Shown here one piece after another: positions 10,750 to 21,104 of a stretch of 64,000 bases of DNA (its first letter is position 1; each line of letters opens with the position of its first letter). The stretch covers positions 32,001 through 96,000 of the forward strand of contig LKMN01000001.1 of the NCBI GenBank assembly GCA_001563875.1, written 5' to 3'. A model generated the notes under the pieces. The model was given only the letters and a program-made list of their open reading frames with translations, was not told where the DNA came from and did no database searches. The translations under genes and the position numbers were made by a program. The DNA is from Nanohaloarchaea archaeon B1-Br10_U2g1. Lineage in GTDB: Archaea; Nanohalarchaeota; Nanosalinia; Nanosalinales; Nanosalinaceae.

Positions 10750-13338
10750 CTACTTATACTCTTCCTGCATCCATTCTCCCGGCTGATTGTTGTTCTCCAT
10801 AGAAGCATTACTGGAGTAAGTATAGTCAAACTGTTCGGCCTCAAGCAGGCTCTGTAAAGGATCGAAAGCGTGTTGCTCGATCTTCGCCCATTCACGGTCA
10901 TAAGTAGGTCTATCCATACCGAAGAAACGTGCCATTAAGGCCTCTTTCTCGTCACGGTACTCTTCACCAGGATTAACCTTAGAAGGATCAAGTTCTTCAG
11001 GAGATACTCCTAACTCAATAAGGTTCATAGCGATACGTGCTGTGTATACCACTCCTCTATCGTCACCGCCGACCTCATACATTACATATGCTTTCTCGTT
11101 ATCTCGTCCGAAACCGGCTTTAACCATGTTCCACAGCCATTCGTAGAGCTGCTTATCACCTTTATCCCATGGACCGTGAAGTGTACGAGACTGAGAGGTT
11201 TCAAGACCAGGTTTCATCAGGTGCCACATCCTCATAATCTTGGCTAGAGGTTTTTCCTTTTCAACTCCTATATCGTACTTACTCGCTAATCCGCTTTTAA
11301 CCAAGTTTTCCTCCTGTTCAATCAGGTTTTCCATAGTCTTCCATGGATCTTCACCGAAGGTAGCAACGTGTTCCAAGTCTAAAGTAAATTTAGCAGGCAT
11401 ACCGTATAGGTCAGGATGGATGTCGTCTAGTTTGTCTCTAGCCCCTATATTTATAGCTCTTGCAGCCGCTACAGTATGTCGAGGTCTCCAGATCTTGTAA
11501 GGCTGTCTTGTATCTCCGGGCATAGCCTCCAGATTTACTCCTATACCGAACTCGTTCATCCACTCAATCCACGTAATATTACTGAATTTTTCCAGTACAT
11601 CTTCCTCTTCTTCGTACTCATGAACCAGATACTCTCTTATCGCCTTATCATCGATCATGAACTGGCCTTCTTGCTGGGTGAAGTGACCCCATACATAGCA
11701 TGCTGCTGAAGCTGCTGCAACATCTTCTTGGAACTCTCTGTTGTTTTCAAGTAAGTCTAGGAACCCCTTTCCATCATTTTTCCTCGGTTCCAAAAGATCG
11801 ATATCGTATTCGCTCCATTTTTGTTTGATTAGTAGCTCCCACAAGAACTTGGGGGCTTCCCTTTTCTTGTAGCCTTTATCACTGAAGTCTTCATCCGCAA
11901 CAGCCATCCATGCTGGGATAATTTTGTATATAACGTTTGACTCCATCCACATCTGGTTCTGTAGAGATCCTGTAAGTCGTTGTAGGAAGAGTAGATGTTG
12001 GTCTTCGGTACTGTTCTCATTGTCGAAGTAGCTATCATCTCCTGCTACCATGTTCTCAGCATGATTTCTTATTTTGTCTCTGTTACTAGTGAATGCCTCT
12101 TCAATTATTCTTTGCTGAGGGATTTCAAAGTTCCTAGAAACTGCCGCAAGTTTGTTTTGAATAGGGATTAGCGGTTCTCCTCCTTCCTTTTTGTATTCCC
12201 AAAGTTTTTCTATAGCTCTTTCTAGAGGCTCTTCTATAGCTTCAAGAATCTCTTCATCTTCGGTTATTAACTCTCCATTCTGTAGAACTCTGTTAAGCTC
12301 TAACTCTTCAGATTCAAGAAGTCTGTAGATTTCGGGAAGTCTCCTAATCATCGAAAGGTCATAGTTCACACTTAAACCTCGGATTACGGTGTCCAGGTCC
12401 TCTAAACTGTTAATTTCTACAGGTGACGTAATTTGTGGACTTCTGCTAGTTAACTCTATTGTTAGATCTTCGTCTACCGGTTCTTTTAGTAGGTCGTACC
12501 AAATAGTTGTTATCTCGGAGTCTCCTGCGGCACCGGTTCCTATCATAGTCACCTTCTCCTTAAGTCTGCTTTCACGAGATTTCGATCTTTCAAGGAATTC
12601 TTCGTTCGCTTTTTCGTCAATAGTTTTCCTCCATTCGCTGTCAAACCTGTCGGAAAAGTCAGAGAATATATCTTGGTAGTATCTGTACTCGTTCTGTTCT
12701 ATCGTATCTACTATGAAAACTCTGTAAAGTCTTCTTAGGAACTCCTCGTTACGGAATATGTTTTTATTCTCATCATCTTTTCCTTTCATTACTTCGTTTT
12801 TCAAGTCGGTCAGGCTATATCCGAAAGGATCAAGGCTTGTGTCCTGTGCTCTTTCCTCTTCTATTGCAGGTCTTGGGGAGGTACATATGTGGGGGTTAAT
12901 TCGGGAGATATTGAATCCGAAGTCTCTCTCCTTTTTACTCCGGTTTTCCGCTGTTTTTTTGAACGAAGCAAACTGTTCTAGATACTGTGTAAAATATTTA
13001 TGAGTCGGATCGTACTGAGCTCTATAAGGTGAGGTATAGCCTACATCCGGATTGCTGTGGAGAGATATGTCTATCTCTAATCCGTTAATAACGTCCAGCA
13101 TCTGGTCTCTATCAATCTGAAACGTCGCAGGATTGTTGATTATCACCTCCATCACACTTCCTCCTCTCATAGCCAGACTTCCTATCCTTTCATGCATGGC
13201 CGAAGGCACTCCTGGCGCCGCATCCATACCCGAAGTGTTTCCTACCTCGTAATTAAGGTCGGGAAAACCCTCTACCTCATACTTATCCTTTACCTGAAAG
13301 TTCTCTTTCACCGCGTTTAGAATGTATTTGAAACTCAT
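10750..13338 (-). CDS. Large AP-endonuclease-2/xylose-isomerase-like TIM barrel protein with long insertion
   Basis: Ordered motifs ISLH, INPH, VNLEAMP, TLDLEH, MWHL, LHGP, VMYE. Confidence 0.6.
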   Translation of the reverse strand: MSFKYILNAVKENFQVKDKYEVEGFPDLNYEVGNTSGMDAAPGVPSAMHERIGSLAMRGGSVMEVIINNPATFQIDRDQMLDVINGLEIDISLHSNPDVGYTSPYRAQYDPTHKYFTQYLEQFASFKKTAENRSKKERDFGFNISRINPHICTSPRPAIEEERAQDTSLDPFGYSLTDLKNEVMKGKDDENKNIFRNEEFLRRLYRVFIVDTIEQNEYRYYQDIFSDFSDRFDSEWRKTIDEKANEEFLERSKSRESRLKEKVTMIGTGAAGDSEITTIWYDLLKEPVDEDLTIELTSRSPQITSPVEINSLEDLDTVIRGLSVNYDLSMIRRLPEIYRLLESEELELNRVLQNGELITEDEEILEAIEEPLERAIEKLWEYKKEGGEPLIPIQNKLAAVSRNFEIPQQRIIEEAFTSNRDKIRNHAENMVAGDDSYFDNENSTEDQHLLFLQRLTGSLQNQMWMESNVIYKIIPAWMAVADEDFSDKGYKKREAPKFLWELLIKQKWSEYDIDLLEPRKNDGKGFLDLLENNREFQEDVAAASAACYVWGHFTQQEGQFMIDDKAIREYLVHEYEEEEDVLEKFSNITWIEWMNEFGIGVNLEAMPGDTRQPYKIWRPRHTVAAARAINIGARDKLDDIHPDLYGMPAKFTLDLEHVATFGEDPWKTMENLIEQEENLVKSGLASKYDIGVEKEKPLAKIMRMWHLMKPGLETSQSRTLHGPWDKGDKQLYEWLWNMVKAGFGRDNEKAYVMYEVGGDDRGVVYTARIAMNLIELGVSPEELDPSKVNPGEEYRDEKEALMARFFGMDRPTYDREWAKIEQHAFDPLQSLLEAEQFDYTYSSNASMENNNQPGEWMQEEYK

Positions 13339-14969
13339 TATTTCATCGTGTAGAGCCCTAAACCAATTTTAAGGTCATAGTAGTAGCTGAACTTTATTTC
13401 GTTCTTTAAATCAGCCAGAGGCGATTCGTTGTCAGGTATGTAGTACTTGTCGTAGTTTCCTGTAAACTTCCTGACAGCTATTTCGAAGTCTTTTCTTGCT
13501 CCGTTACTTTGTTCACTTTCCTCGCTGGTCGCGTAGTTGGTGTCCAGTATGTTATCCACTGCTTTCAGATAGTCCTTTGAGTATTTTTCAGCTATAGATT
13601 CCGGTGTCTCGAAACCGTCTTCAACCCTTCTTATGAACGATGAGAAATCCAGCGGAGGACTTTCATCTATTTTCTTACCAACTTCCTCTCTAAGCTCTCT
13701 TATAGCTAATCCTTTATCTACACGAGCGCTCTTGAACTCTTCACCTTCATCTGTTTCAAATTCCCCGGTATAATCTTCCATTAGCTGTTCATACAGTTCT
13801 TGACTCCTGTTGATCTTATCTCGGAATAGATTGTCAAAAACATGTTCGCAGACTACAGCAGGACGCCACTGGACTATTCCTGCGGTTGGACCTTTTGTAG
13901 GGCTGTTAGGATTGTCTCCTCCTGCAATATTGACGTGTACACAATGCATATGAACTAACTTGTAATGTGTGGCGTTATCTTCGCTTTCCACTTCAACCAG
14001 ACCTCCTTCCTCGTTCTCTAAGGGCTGGTATGCTATAAACTCCATCTGTTTGAACATCGTTGCGTAACCTGTGAACGTCATAAACCGGTTCAGGTCCTCA
14101 CCTATCTCCTCCTGACTTTTCTGATTGATCATTACCATGTCTCTGACGTATGGAGCTAGCCACTCTTTTGTCTCTTCTATAGCTCTCTCAATTCTTCTTA
14201 ATTCTTTTTTCAGATCTTTTAGTTTATTCTGTATCTCGCTTCCGTACATGTCTTTCCATTTCTCATACATGGTGTACTTCTTCTTTAGGATTGCCTTCTC
14301 ATTCGCTGGTAAGTTCGCCAGCTTCCCTGTACCTCCATCATCCTTAGGTTTTAGATCTTCTAAGGACTTCATCTCATTGAAGTCTGAGACTATAGTTGGA
14401 TAGATATTGTTGTCTCGCAGAAATCTCAGGGCTTGTTCGTCAGCCCCTTGTCCTCCGGCTCCAGCACCGTCTACCAGCTGTACAAAGTCGCCCTTAATCA
14501 CGTCTTCGTCGCCGGTACGTATATCTTCAATACGGGATCTCAGCTTGCGTATGTCATGTTGGAGTAGGTGTTTTGATTTCCTTAGCTGTTCAAGTCCTTG
14601 CATGTTTGTTTTAATATTCTGTTCGGCCTGCTGCTTTCTCTGTACCATCTCTTGGTGCATCGTGTTCTGAGGGCTAACAAAGATTTTCTCCTCTGTTTTC
14701 GCAACATTCCAGCCAAGATCTGTATCAAACTTATCTGCAGCTGAGAGTATGAATGTATAAGGCATTCCCTGGGTCCCTGAACTCACCTTAACATTTTTGT
14801 ATGGTTCTCCTAACACAGGAAGCAAGGAATAAGGGTCAGATGAATCCTTTTGAGCTTTCACTAGCTCTTTAAAACTATGTACGCCAGTCATCTCCGGACT
14901 ACCATTCACTTCGAAGGTATGTCCAAACTCACAAGTGTCTCCATCCTCTCCAGAGCTCATATATTTCAT
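13338..14969 (-). CDS. Hypothetical coiled-coil protein, coupled to TIM barrel gene
   Basis: 543 aa ORF, stop overlaps next start (TAATG), two coiled-coil segments. Confidence 0.8.
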   Translation of the reverse strand: MKYMSSGEDGDTCEFGHTFEVNGSPEMTGVHSFKELVKAQKDSSDPYSLLPVLGEPYKNVKVSSGTQGMPYTFILSAADKFDTDLGWNVAKTEEKIFVSPQNTMHQEMVQRKQQAEQNIKTNMQGLEQLRKSKHLLQHDIRKLRSRIEDIRTGDEDVIKGDFVQLVDGAGAGGQGADEQALRFLRDNNIYPTIVSDFNEMKSLEDLKPKDDGGTGKLANLPANEKAILKKKYTMYEKWKDMYGSEIQNKLKDLKKELRRIERAIEETKEWLAPYVRDMVMINQKSQEEIGEDLNRFMTFTGYATMFKQMEFIAYQPLENEEGGLVEVESEDNATHYKLVHMHCVHVNIAGGDNPNSPTKGPTAGIVQWRPAVVCEHVFDNLFRDKINRSQELYEQLMEDYTGEFETDEGEEFKSARVDKGLAIRELREEVGKKIDESPPLDFSSFIRRVEDGFETPESIAEKYSKDYLKAVDNILDTNYATSEESEQSNGARKDFEIAVRKFTGNYDKYYIPDNESPLADLKNEIKFSYYYDLKIGLGLYTMK

Positions 14970-15044
14970 TTATCTTGGATTCTACTTAAAGTTCTAGTTA
15001 TACTGTCCGAAAACTTATGAACAACAAGCTCGAATAGATTTCTA

Positions 15045-15536
15045 ATGAGTGTTTTTGATGACTTGAAAGATTCTCTACACGGATCAGAGAACTCTGAAAG
15101 TTTCTCGAACGATTTGGACTCCGATTTTGGTTCAAGAACAGATGGGAGTGGTTTGAACGGTTCAGAACCGGAGAGAAAGAATATTGGGCAAGACCGTTCA
15201 CAAAGTAGATCTGCTCAGAGAGGTCAAAACAGTCCGAACAGAAACCAAGATAAAAGGCAGCAAGGTAGAGCGAGAGGTCAAAGTATAGATTCTCCAAACG
15301 CGCAGGCAGGGAGACCTCAAGAAGGCTCTTCTAAGCCTCAGTTAAGCAGCCAGACCAGGAAAAAAATTGATCACGCTGGTTTAAACCAAGATTCTCAAAG
15401 AGACAGTAAACAGTCTGTTGCAGTACAGAGATCTGATATAGAGGACTTGAAGTCTCAGAACCAGCAGATAATAGAGCTCTTGAAAAGGATCAACCAAAGT
15501 CTTCAAAATAATAACTCTGGAAGACATAGACGTTGA
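15045..15536 (+). CDS. Hypothetical disordered protein with C-terminal coiled coil
   Basis: S/Q/R-rich middle, DIEDLKSQNQQIIELLKRINQSL. Confidence 0.75.
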   Translation: MSVFDDLKDSLHGSENSESFSNDLDSDFGSRTDGSGLNGSEPERKNIGQDRSQSRSAQRGQNSPNRNQDKRQQGRARGQSIDSPNAQAGRPQEGSSKPQLSSQTRKKIDHAGLNQDSQRDSKQSVAVQRSDIEDLKSQNQQIIELLKRINQSLQNNNSGRHRR

Positions 15537-15538
15537 AG

Positions 15539-15727
15539 ATGGATATAGAGTCGGAGCTACCTGAAAACTTTGAGGAGCTAACTGTTGAAGATAAAATTGG
15601 TGAGTTAGAACGTTTAGAAGATGTTTTTGATGCTGAAACAGACTCGGGAGCGATTAAGAGGCGAATGGTACAAGAGCTTATAAGACACTATAATAAGGAT
15701 TTAGAGGAAGGCAGAAAAAGTCCATAG
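15539..15727 (+). CDS. Small acidic hypothetical protein
   Basis: Follows previous gene directly; acidic composition. Confidence 0.65.
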   Translation: MDIESELPENFEELTVEDKIGELERLEDVFDAETDSGAIKRRMVQELIRHYNKDLEEGRKSP

Positions 15728-16018
15728 ACCTTTGGCAAATAGCAGTCCTGCTATTATCTCTTTATAGTCTACAAGTATTGGAGGTGTGCCTGTGAACAGC
15801 ATCATGGCCGATAGTATATCTGCAGCGCCTCCAACCAAAAATAAAGGGGTTAGAAAGGCTGGAGGATTAGCTCCAAAATCTATAAATCCTATAACTCCTT
15901 TTATGAATAGAAAAGCTGCGTGAGTATGCGCTAGCGGTTCTGGTACTGCGGAAACAGTGAAGTAAAGCATTAGTGCTGCTGTTATATCCACCCATCCAAG
16001 TAGGTTGAAGTTGAACAT
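15701..16018 (-). CDS. Small membrane protein with internal duplication
   Basis: Four hydrophobic segments; G-xx-D-I...KG motif occurs twice (GWVDI..FIKG, GAADI..FAKG). Confidence 0.75.
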   Translation of the reverse strand: MFNFNLLGWVDITAALMLYFTVSAVPEPLAHTHAAFLFIKGVIGFIDFGANPPAFLTPLFLVGGAADILSAMMLFTGTPPILVDYKEIIAGLLFAKGLWTFSAFL

Positions 16019-16028
16019 TTTCTTCCGA

Positions 16029-16493
16029 TTAGTCTATTTCTATCACTTTGTCGGCAGCGTTTTGGAGGGCTGTCGAGAAGCCAGGATCCATACCTATCAC
16101 TACTGTTTCTTTACCATGTTCTTTAGCTTTCTGTATAACAGGTAGAAAATCGGCGTCACGAGTCACCAATACTACTACGTCGATAGCTTCGTTATGGACT
16201 GCTTCCATGGCGTTTGTAGCCATATAAACATCCACATCGCTTTCTCTGTCTTTTTCTCCTCCTAATCCTAGAGAAGCCTCAAATCCTTGAGATACTATGG
16301 CCTCTATAAGCTTTTCTGAAGCATACTGGTTAAGGAAGACTTTACCAACCTTTATATTGCCAAACATCTCTATTTCTTCTCTCAATGCGTCCAAATCTAA
16401 GTCGAACTCTTTACGGATAACGTTCGGCCCATCTATAAAGACTGCGACACCTGGCTCTGAACTGACTTTGTCTTTGAACTTTTCTAGCACCAT
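16029..16493 (-). CDS. NYN domain protein (TIGR00288-like)
   Basis: [28 protein letters not shown]. Confidence 0.9.
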   Translation of the reverse strand: MVLEKFKDKVSSEPGVAVFIDGPNVIRKEFDLDLDALREEIEMFGNIKVGKVFLNQYASEKLIEAIVSQGFEASLGLGGEKDRESDVDVYMATNAMEAVHNEAIDVVVLVTRDADFLPVIQKAKEHGKETVVIGMDPGFSTALQNAADKVIEID

Positions 16494-16539
16494 AAGAAAA
16501 GATTAAAGGTAAAGTATATAGTAATAAGCTTTTGGTTTC

Positions 16540-17280
16540 TCAGCCAAAAATTCTCTCTGCGTTTTTTGTAGTTTCTCGCACCACGTCTTCGTATTTCACA
16601 CCTTTTATATTGGCTATCTTCTCCGCAGACTCAGTAACATTTACAGGTTCATTTCTGCTTCCTCTATATAGAAATGGTGAATCAGTCTCAAGAACGATAT
16701 CCTTAAGCTCTAGGCTTTCTACAACTTTCTGAACTCTTTTGGAGTAAAGAACTTGTGTGGTTACCCCTATAGTCATTCCTTTCTGAGAAGCAGTTCTAGC
16801 CAGGCTTGATGAACCGTTGAAACAGTGTAAAAGAACCTCCGGTATATCATATCTTTCTATTAATTCTACAGTTTTCTGTTCAGCATCCCTAGAATGTACT
16901 ACTACGGGTTTCGAAAGTTCTTCTGCAAGTTTCAGCAGTTCATTAAAAACCTCCTCTTGTTCTCGCCTCTTTACACCTTCCTTTATGTGATAATGGTCGA
17001 GACCTATTTCTCCAATCGCAATAGGTTCATTGGCTCTTATCTGTTCTTTCACCTTTTCTACATCGTCGAAGCTGTCTTCGTAAGTTGGGTGTAGACCGAG
17101 GTTTGACTTAATTATGTCGGAGTTTTTATCTTCAAGTTTTAACGCCTCTCTATTGCTTTCGAGGTCTGTTCCTGCCGTAACAGCAAACTTGAGTTCGTTT
17201 CTACATCTTTCTATTACTTCTTCTCTATCAGAGTCGAATTTCTCGAATTCTAGATGGCAGTGGCAGTCAACAGGTCTCAT
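16540..17280 (-). CDS. tatD: TatD family nuclease
   Basis: DCHCH, GEIGLD, VHSR, LHCF, LETDSP. Confidence 0.95.
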   Translation of the reverse strand: MRPVDCHCHLEFEKFDSDREEVIERCRNELKFAVTAGTDLESNREALKLEDKNSDIIKSNLGLHPTYEDSFDDVEKVKEQIRANEPIAIGEIGLDHYHIKEGVKRREQEEVFNELLKLAEELSKPVVVHSRDAEQKTVELIERYDIPEVLLHCFNGSSSLARTASQKGMTIGVTTQVLYSKRVQKVVESLELKDIVLETDSPFLYRGSRNEPVNVTESAEKIANIKGVKYEDVVRETTKNAERIFG

Positions 17281-17318
17281 ACAGTGACATAATCGTTGGA
17301 AAGTCTTTAAACCGGTTT

Positions 17319-17645
17319 CTAGGGCTGCCCTATCTTAAAATCAGGTTCGAAGAGCTCAAAGTCTGTGAGGCTCTGATTATCACCGCATTCCACTAGTATG
17401 ACTTTTACTTCTTGTTCTGTTACTTCTGCCTTTAATACATAGTTTCCGTCATTACAGCTCATGAGTTTCCTGTCACTAATCCAGCTTATGTTGTTGTAAC
17501 CTGGTTCGAAGCCTAGATCCTCTAAATAAGATGTTGCAAGACTATCAGAATTTATTTCGGCTGAATATGTGTCTTTGGAAATTTTTTCCCAGTTGTAGTT
17601 AGCTTTTCCAGATTTTTCAAGAAGTTCCTCGAGCTCTTCCATCAC
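17319..17645 (-). CDS. Hypothetical protein
   Basis: Acidic ORF filling gap in same-strand run. Confidence 0.6.
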   Translation of the reverse strand: MMEELEELLEKSGKANYNWEKISKDTYSAEINSDSLATSYLEDLGFEPGYNNISWISDRKLMSCNDGNYVLKAEVTEQEVKVILVECGDNQSLTDFELFEPDFKIGQP

Positions 17646-17682
17646 ATATTCCTAAGTTTTGGGTGTCTAAATATTTTTCGTT

Positions 17683-18264
17683 TTATCTCTTTTCCTTGTT
17701 TAGACGTGAGCCTGTTGCACCGGTCTGTCCCATGTACTTAGTGTCTTTCTTGTCTCCATACGGCTTTCCTGCTTCAGAAGTCATGCTTTCAAACACTATC
17801 TGGCACACACGGTCTTCAGGATATATTTTAACCGGTGCGTTACCAAGGTTCTGTATTTCAAGTGTTATGTCCCCCTCAAAACCAGGATCTATGAATCCGG
17901 CGGTTGCATGAACTATAATACCTAATCTTCCGTAACTGCTTCGTCCCTCAACCCTTGCAACCTTGTCTTTAGGTACATTGATTGTTTCTAAAGTACTTCC
18001 GAGTATAAACTCGCCGGGGTGTATGACTACACCGTCTTCAGGAGTATGTTCCTCCTTTTTGATATAGTCATCGTATTTCTGCATATCTCTAGTGTCTATA
18101 AGCTCCAACTTCCGTGTATTAAGTATTCCAAACTCGTATCCCAGTCTCAGATCAAGTGATGAGGGACCTAGTTGTAGGTCGAGATCGAGATCTTTCTTAT
18201 CCGAGTAGACAGCATTTTCACTTTTTATCAGCTCTTTGAGATCCTTGTCTGATAGTATGGCCAT
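17683..18264 (-). CDS. dcd: dCTP deaminase
   Basis: ILSD, PSSLDLRLG, EGRSSYGRLG, TAGFIDPGFEG. Confidence 0.95.
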   Translation of the reverse strand: MAILSDKDLKELIKSENAVYSDKKDLDLDLQLGPSSLDLRLGYEFGILNTRKLELIDTRDMQKYDDYIKKEEHTPEDGVVIHPGEFILGSTLETINVPKDKVARVEGRSSYGRLGIIVHATAGFIDPGFEGDITLEIQNLGNAPVKIYPEDRVCQIVFESMTSEAGKPYGDKKDTKYMGQTGATGSRLNKEKR

Positions 18265-18320
18265 TAAACTCTATTTAATTTAGTAGGACTTTTATTGGTG
18301 TCTACATACTGAACCATTAT

Positions 18321-19751
18321 ATGAAAGTATTAGCCGTGGTTCTAGTTCTTTTAGTTACTCCTTTGGCGGCGTCTGATGTCCAGTACGAAATAGAGATGGA
18401 GAAGGAATCAGCGTCTATCAACACTTCCATCGTTTCAGACTGTGAGAGTAACTGTCCTGGTTTTCAATGGCAGCTGCCTGAAGGAGCTGAAGTACTGTCC
18501 GTCGAAGATGGTTCAGGAGATATCGACTATACTGTTAATGGAGAGATACTGGAAATACAGGGAGAGATAGCAAACCAAGATAAAAGGACTGTAAAAATAC
18601 AGACAGAACTAGAAAAAGCCGCTGAAGAAGTATATGAAGGGTTATACGCTAGGACCTTTTCTCTACCCTCATTCGAAGAAGAAACCACGTCGGGTACAAT
18701 TAAAAATCCCGACATGGTCTCCGGATCCGTTTATTCCGGCTTCGAGACCTCTTTTGCTGAGGGAAAAGCCGAGTTTAAAGGCAAAGGTCCTGGAAACGCT
18801 GAAATAAACTTTGGTCAAGGCGAAAAAACAGAATATTACGAGTTCTTTGGTGAAAAACCAGAGGACGCTGATAGAGCATTCCAAATCGCTATGGGTGTTA
18901 CCGGTATTGAACCGGGTTTTGAACGGTTCCCTGTAGCTGTGATGCCAGACCAGATGTATGATGAGAAATTTGAGCCTTGGAGCGGAGGAACATACAGCTC
19001 CGGCCTTATAGCAATAAGAAAGGATACAGAAAACGATGAACTTCCCGTGTTGGCTCACGAGACAGCTCACGGACTAAACCATGAGAGACTTGGTTGGGAC
19101 CAAACATCTTCTGCATACTTTGATGAGGGAGTAGCGGAGTATGCAGAGTTCTTAACGGTTAAGAAACTTTTCAACGAGGGAGAAAGAGATGTGGGTCCTC
19201 GAGAACTGTTTGGGGGTACAGCGGAGTATGACCATCCTGATGATCCAAATAGGTTCTACGAAGTACCTCCCAATGGTGAAAAGAAAGACTTATGGAATTA
19301 CTATCAGGAAAACGATAACTTCATGAAAGAGTGGAGTCCCTCGAGTACCTCTGTTGACAGAAGTTTCGGATATGCCTATTCTCAACTTCTGGTACGCTAC
19401 CATCTTATGGAGAACGGTAGTTTAACAGATATCTACGAGGATATGCCTGAAAAAGAGATAGACAGTTACGAAGAGAAATGGGGTTTCTTTTCAGAAAGAA
19501 TGGAGATGGACCCTTGCAACTACAGCGATCGAGAACGGTTCGAGAACTGTATAGAGGACGTCAACAGCTATGAACACAGTATAGATCTAGCAGACTACAA
19601 CTTTGAATCGGGGAATCTGGATATAGATACCGTCGAACTTTCTGAACAGGAACAAAATAGGTCTGTTCAAAAGGAGAACTACCAAGAGAGTTATGGACTA
19701 ATATTCAAACATCTCCAAAATCTTTTTCAAGACTTAATAGACTTCTTTTAG
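18321..19751 (+). CDS. Secreted gluzincin-type (clan MA) metallopeptidase
   Basis: Signal peptide, LAHETAH and FDEGVAEY. Confidence 0.8.
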   Translation: MKVLAVVLVLLVTPLAASDVQYEIEMEKESASINTSIVSDCESNCPGFQWQLPEGAEVLSVEDGSGDIDYTVNGEILEIQGEIANQDKRTVKIQTELEKAAEEVYEGLYARTFSLPSFEEETTSGTIKNPDMVSGSVYSGFETSFAEGKAEFKGKGPGNAEINFGQGEKTEYYEFFGEKPEDADRAFQIAMGVTGIEPGFERFPVAVMPDQMYDEKFEPWSGGTYSSGLIAIRKDTENDELPVLAHETAHGLNHERLGWDQTSSAYFDEGVAEYAEFLTVKKLFNEGERDVGPRELFGGTAEYDHPDDPNRFYEVPPNGEKKDLWNYYQENDNFMKEWSPSSTSVDRSFGYAYSQLLVRYHLMENGSLTDIYEDMPEKEIDSYEEKWGFFSERMEMDPCNYSDRERFENCIEDVNSYEHSIDLADYNFESGNLDIDTVELSEQEQNRSVQKENYQESYGLIFKHLQNLFQDLIDFF

Positions 19752-20106
19752 CCTCTTTACTGTATTTGTAGCCTCCTAGATTATTTTTTCCTGTTAAGCG
19801 GTGGCAGGGCACAATTACAGGTAAGGGGTTTCTGCCGCATGCCTGTCCAACTGCGATAGGAGCAGTTCCAATATTTGAGGCTATCTCGGTGTAGCTCTTG
19901 GTCTTTCCATAAGGTATTGCTAAGATCTCGTTTATTACTTCGCCCGTAAAACCTTCTGAGGTCTCAAGCTCCAGCTTGAAATCTCTTCTGTTTCTTCTGA
20001 AGTATTCCCTGAGCTGTTTTACTGCTTCCTCCTCGGATTCCTTGATTAAGGAGATATCGAGCTCAAACTCAGTACCTCCGTAAGAGTATATCATTCTTTC
20101 CGTCAT
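19705..20106 (-). CDS. ogt: O6-methylguanine-DNA methyltransferase
   Basis: IPYG..SY, AVGQACGRNP, PCHR active site. Confidence 0.92.
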   Translation of the reverse strand: MTERMIYSYGGTEFELDISLIKESEEEAVKQLREYFRRNRRDFKLELETSEGFTGEVINEILAIPYGKTKSYTEIASNIGTAPIAVGQACGRNPLPVIVPCHRLTGKNNLGGYKYSKEAKRSLLSLEKDFGDV

Positions 20107-20165
20107 GGAACTCTGTTTCGCCAGCATTTGTTTTAAACCCGTTTAGCACGGAAGAAGTAACTGTA

Positions 20166-21104
20166 ATGCAGGAAAGTCTACGTAAATGGCTGAGCCTATA
20201 CCTGAAAGGCTTTGCCATGGGAAGTGCAGATGCGGTTCCCGGGGTCTCAGGAGGCACTATAGCGTTAATACTAGGGATATATGAGAGAATGATAAATGCG
20301 GTTACATCGATCACCTCTCAAAGAGTTCTAGAGGCGTTGAACTTTGCTGAAATTTCGGAGGCCAAGAAATCATTCCGTGCCATGGATGGAGCTTTTCTTC
20401 TGGTGCTTGGTACAGGCATACTAACAGCAGTCGTATCTGTATTGAGATTGATGCAATTTCTTCTTACAAGCTATCCTGTACCGACTTACGGGTTTTTCTC
20501 CGGTCTTATAGCGTTCTCAGCTATTATTATGCTCTCCCAAGTAAATCTCTCTGGGTGGCGGCTAAAGTTGGTGGCCTTAACAGGTTTTTCTGTAGCATTT
20601 ATAGCTTCAGGTCTTTCTGCCGCAGATATGGGCCACTATCACCCTTTAATATTCTTTTCAGGTGTTTTGGCGGTGACAGCGATGGCTCTACCAGGAATTT
20701 CGGGTTCTCTTCTACTGATTGTTATAGGCCAGTATGAGTATATGTCGGGAGCTCTCACAGATTTTACAGATGCTTTCATACCGCTGATTTCAGGAGATTT
20801 CAGTCCTTTAATAGAAGCTTCTCCTCCTATAGCGTTCTTTATGCTCGGAGGTCTTGTCGGTCTTTTCACCGTAGCTCATTCTGTAAAGTGGTCCTTAGAA
20901 AGACATAGAGAAGCAACATATATTTTTCTGGTAGGCTTGATTGCGGGCGCTTTAAGAGCTCCTTTAGCTGAGGTAGAAAGAGTTATCACAGATACGAATC
21001 TTACTTGGATTCAGGTGCTCCCTGAGTTTACAGTAGCCGCTTCTTTAGGGGCTTTGATGATCTATGTAGTCTATTTCTTTTCGGATTCCGTTGATTATCT
21101 TTAG
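20166..21104 (+). CDS. DUF368 family membrane protein (polyprenyl phosphate translocase-like)
   Basis: MGSADAVPGVSGGTIALILGIY and second LPGISGS repeat. Confidence 0.9.
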   Translation: MQESLRKWLSLYLKGFAMGSADAVPGVSGGTIALILGIYERMINAVTSITSQRVLEALNFAEISEAKKSFRAMDGAFLLVLGTGILTAVVSVLRLMQFLLTSYPVPTYGFFSGLIAFSAIIMLSQVNLSGWRLKLVALTGFSVAFIASGLSAADMGHYHPLIFFSGVLAVTAMALPGISGSLLLIVIGQYEYMSGALTDFTDAFIPLISGDFSPLIEASPPIAFFMLGGLVGLFTVAHSVKWSLERHREATYIFLVGLIAGALRAPLAEVERVITDTNLTWIQVLPEFTVAASLGALMIYVVYFFSDSVDYL

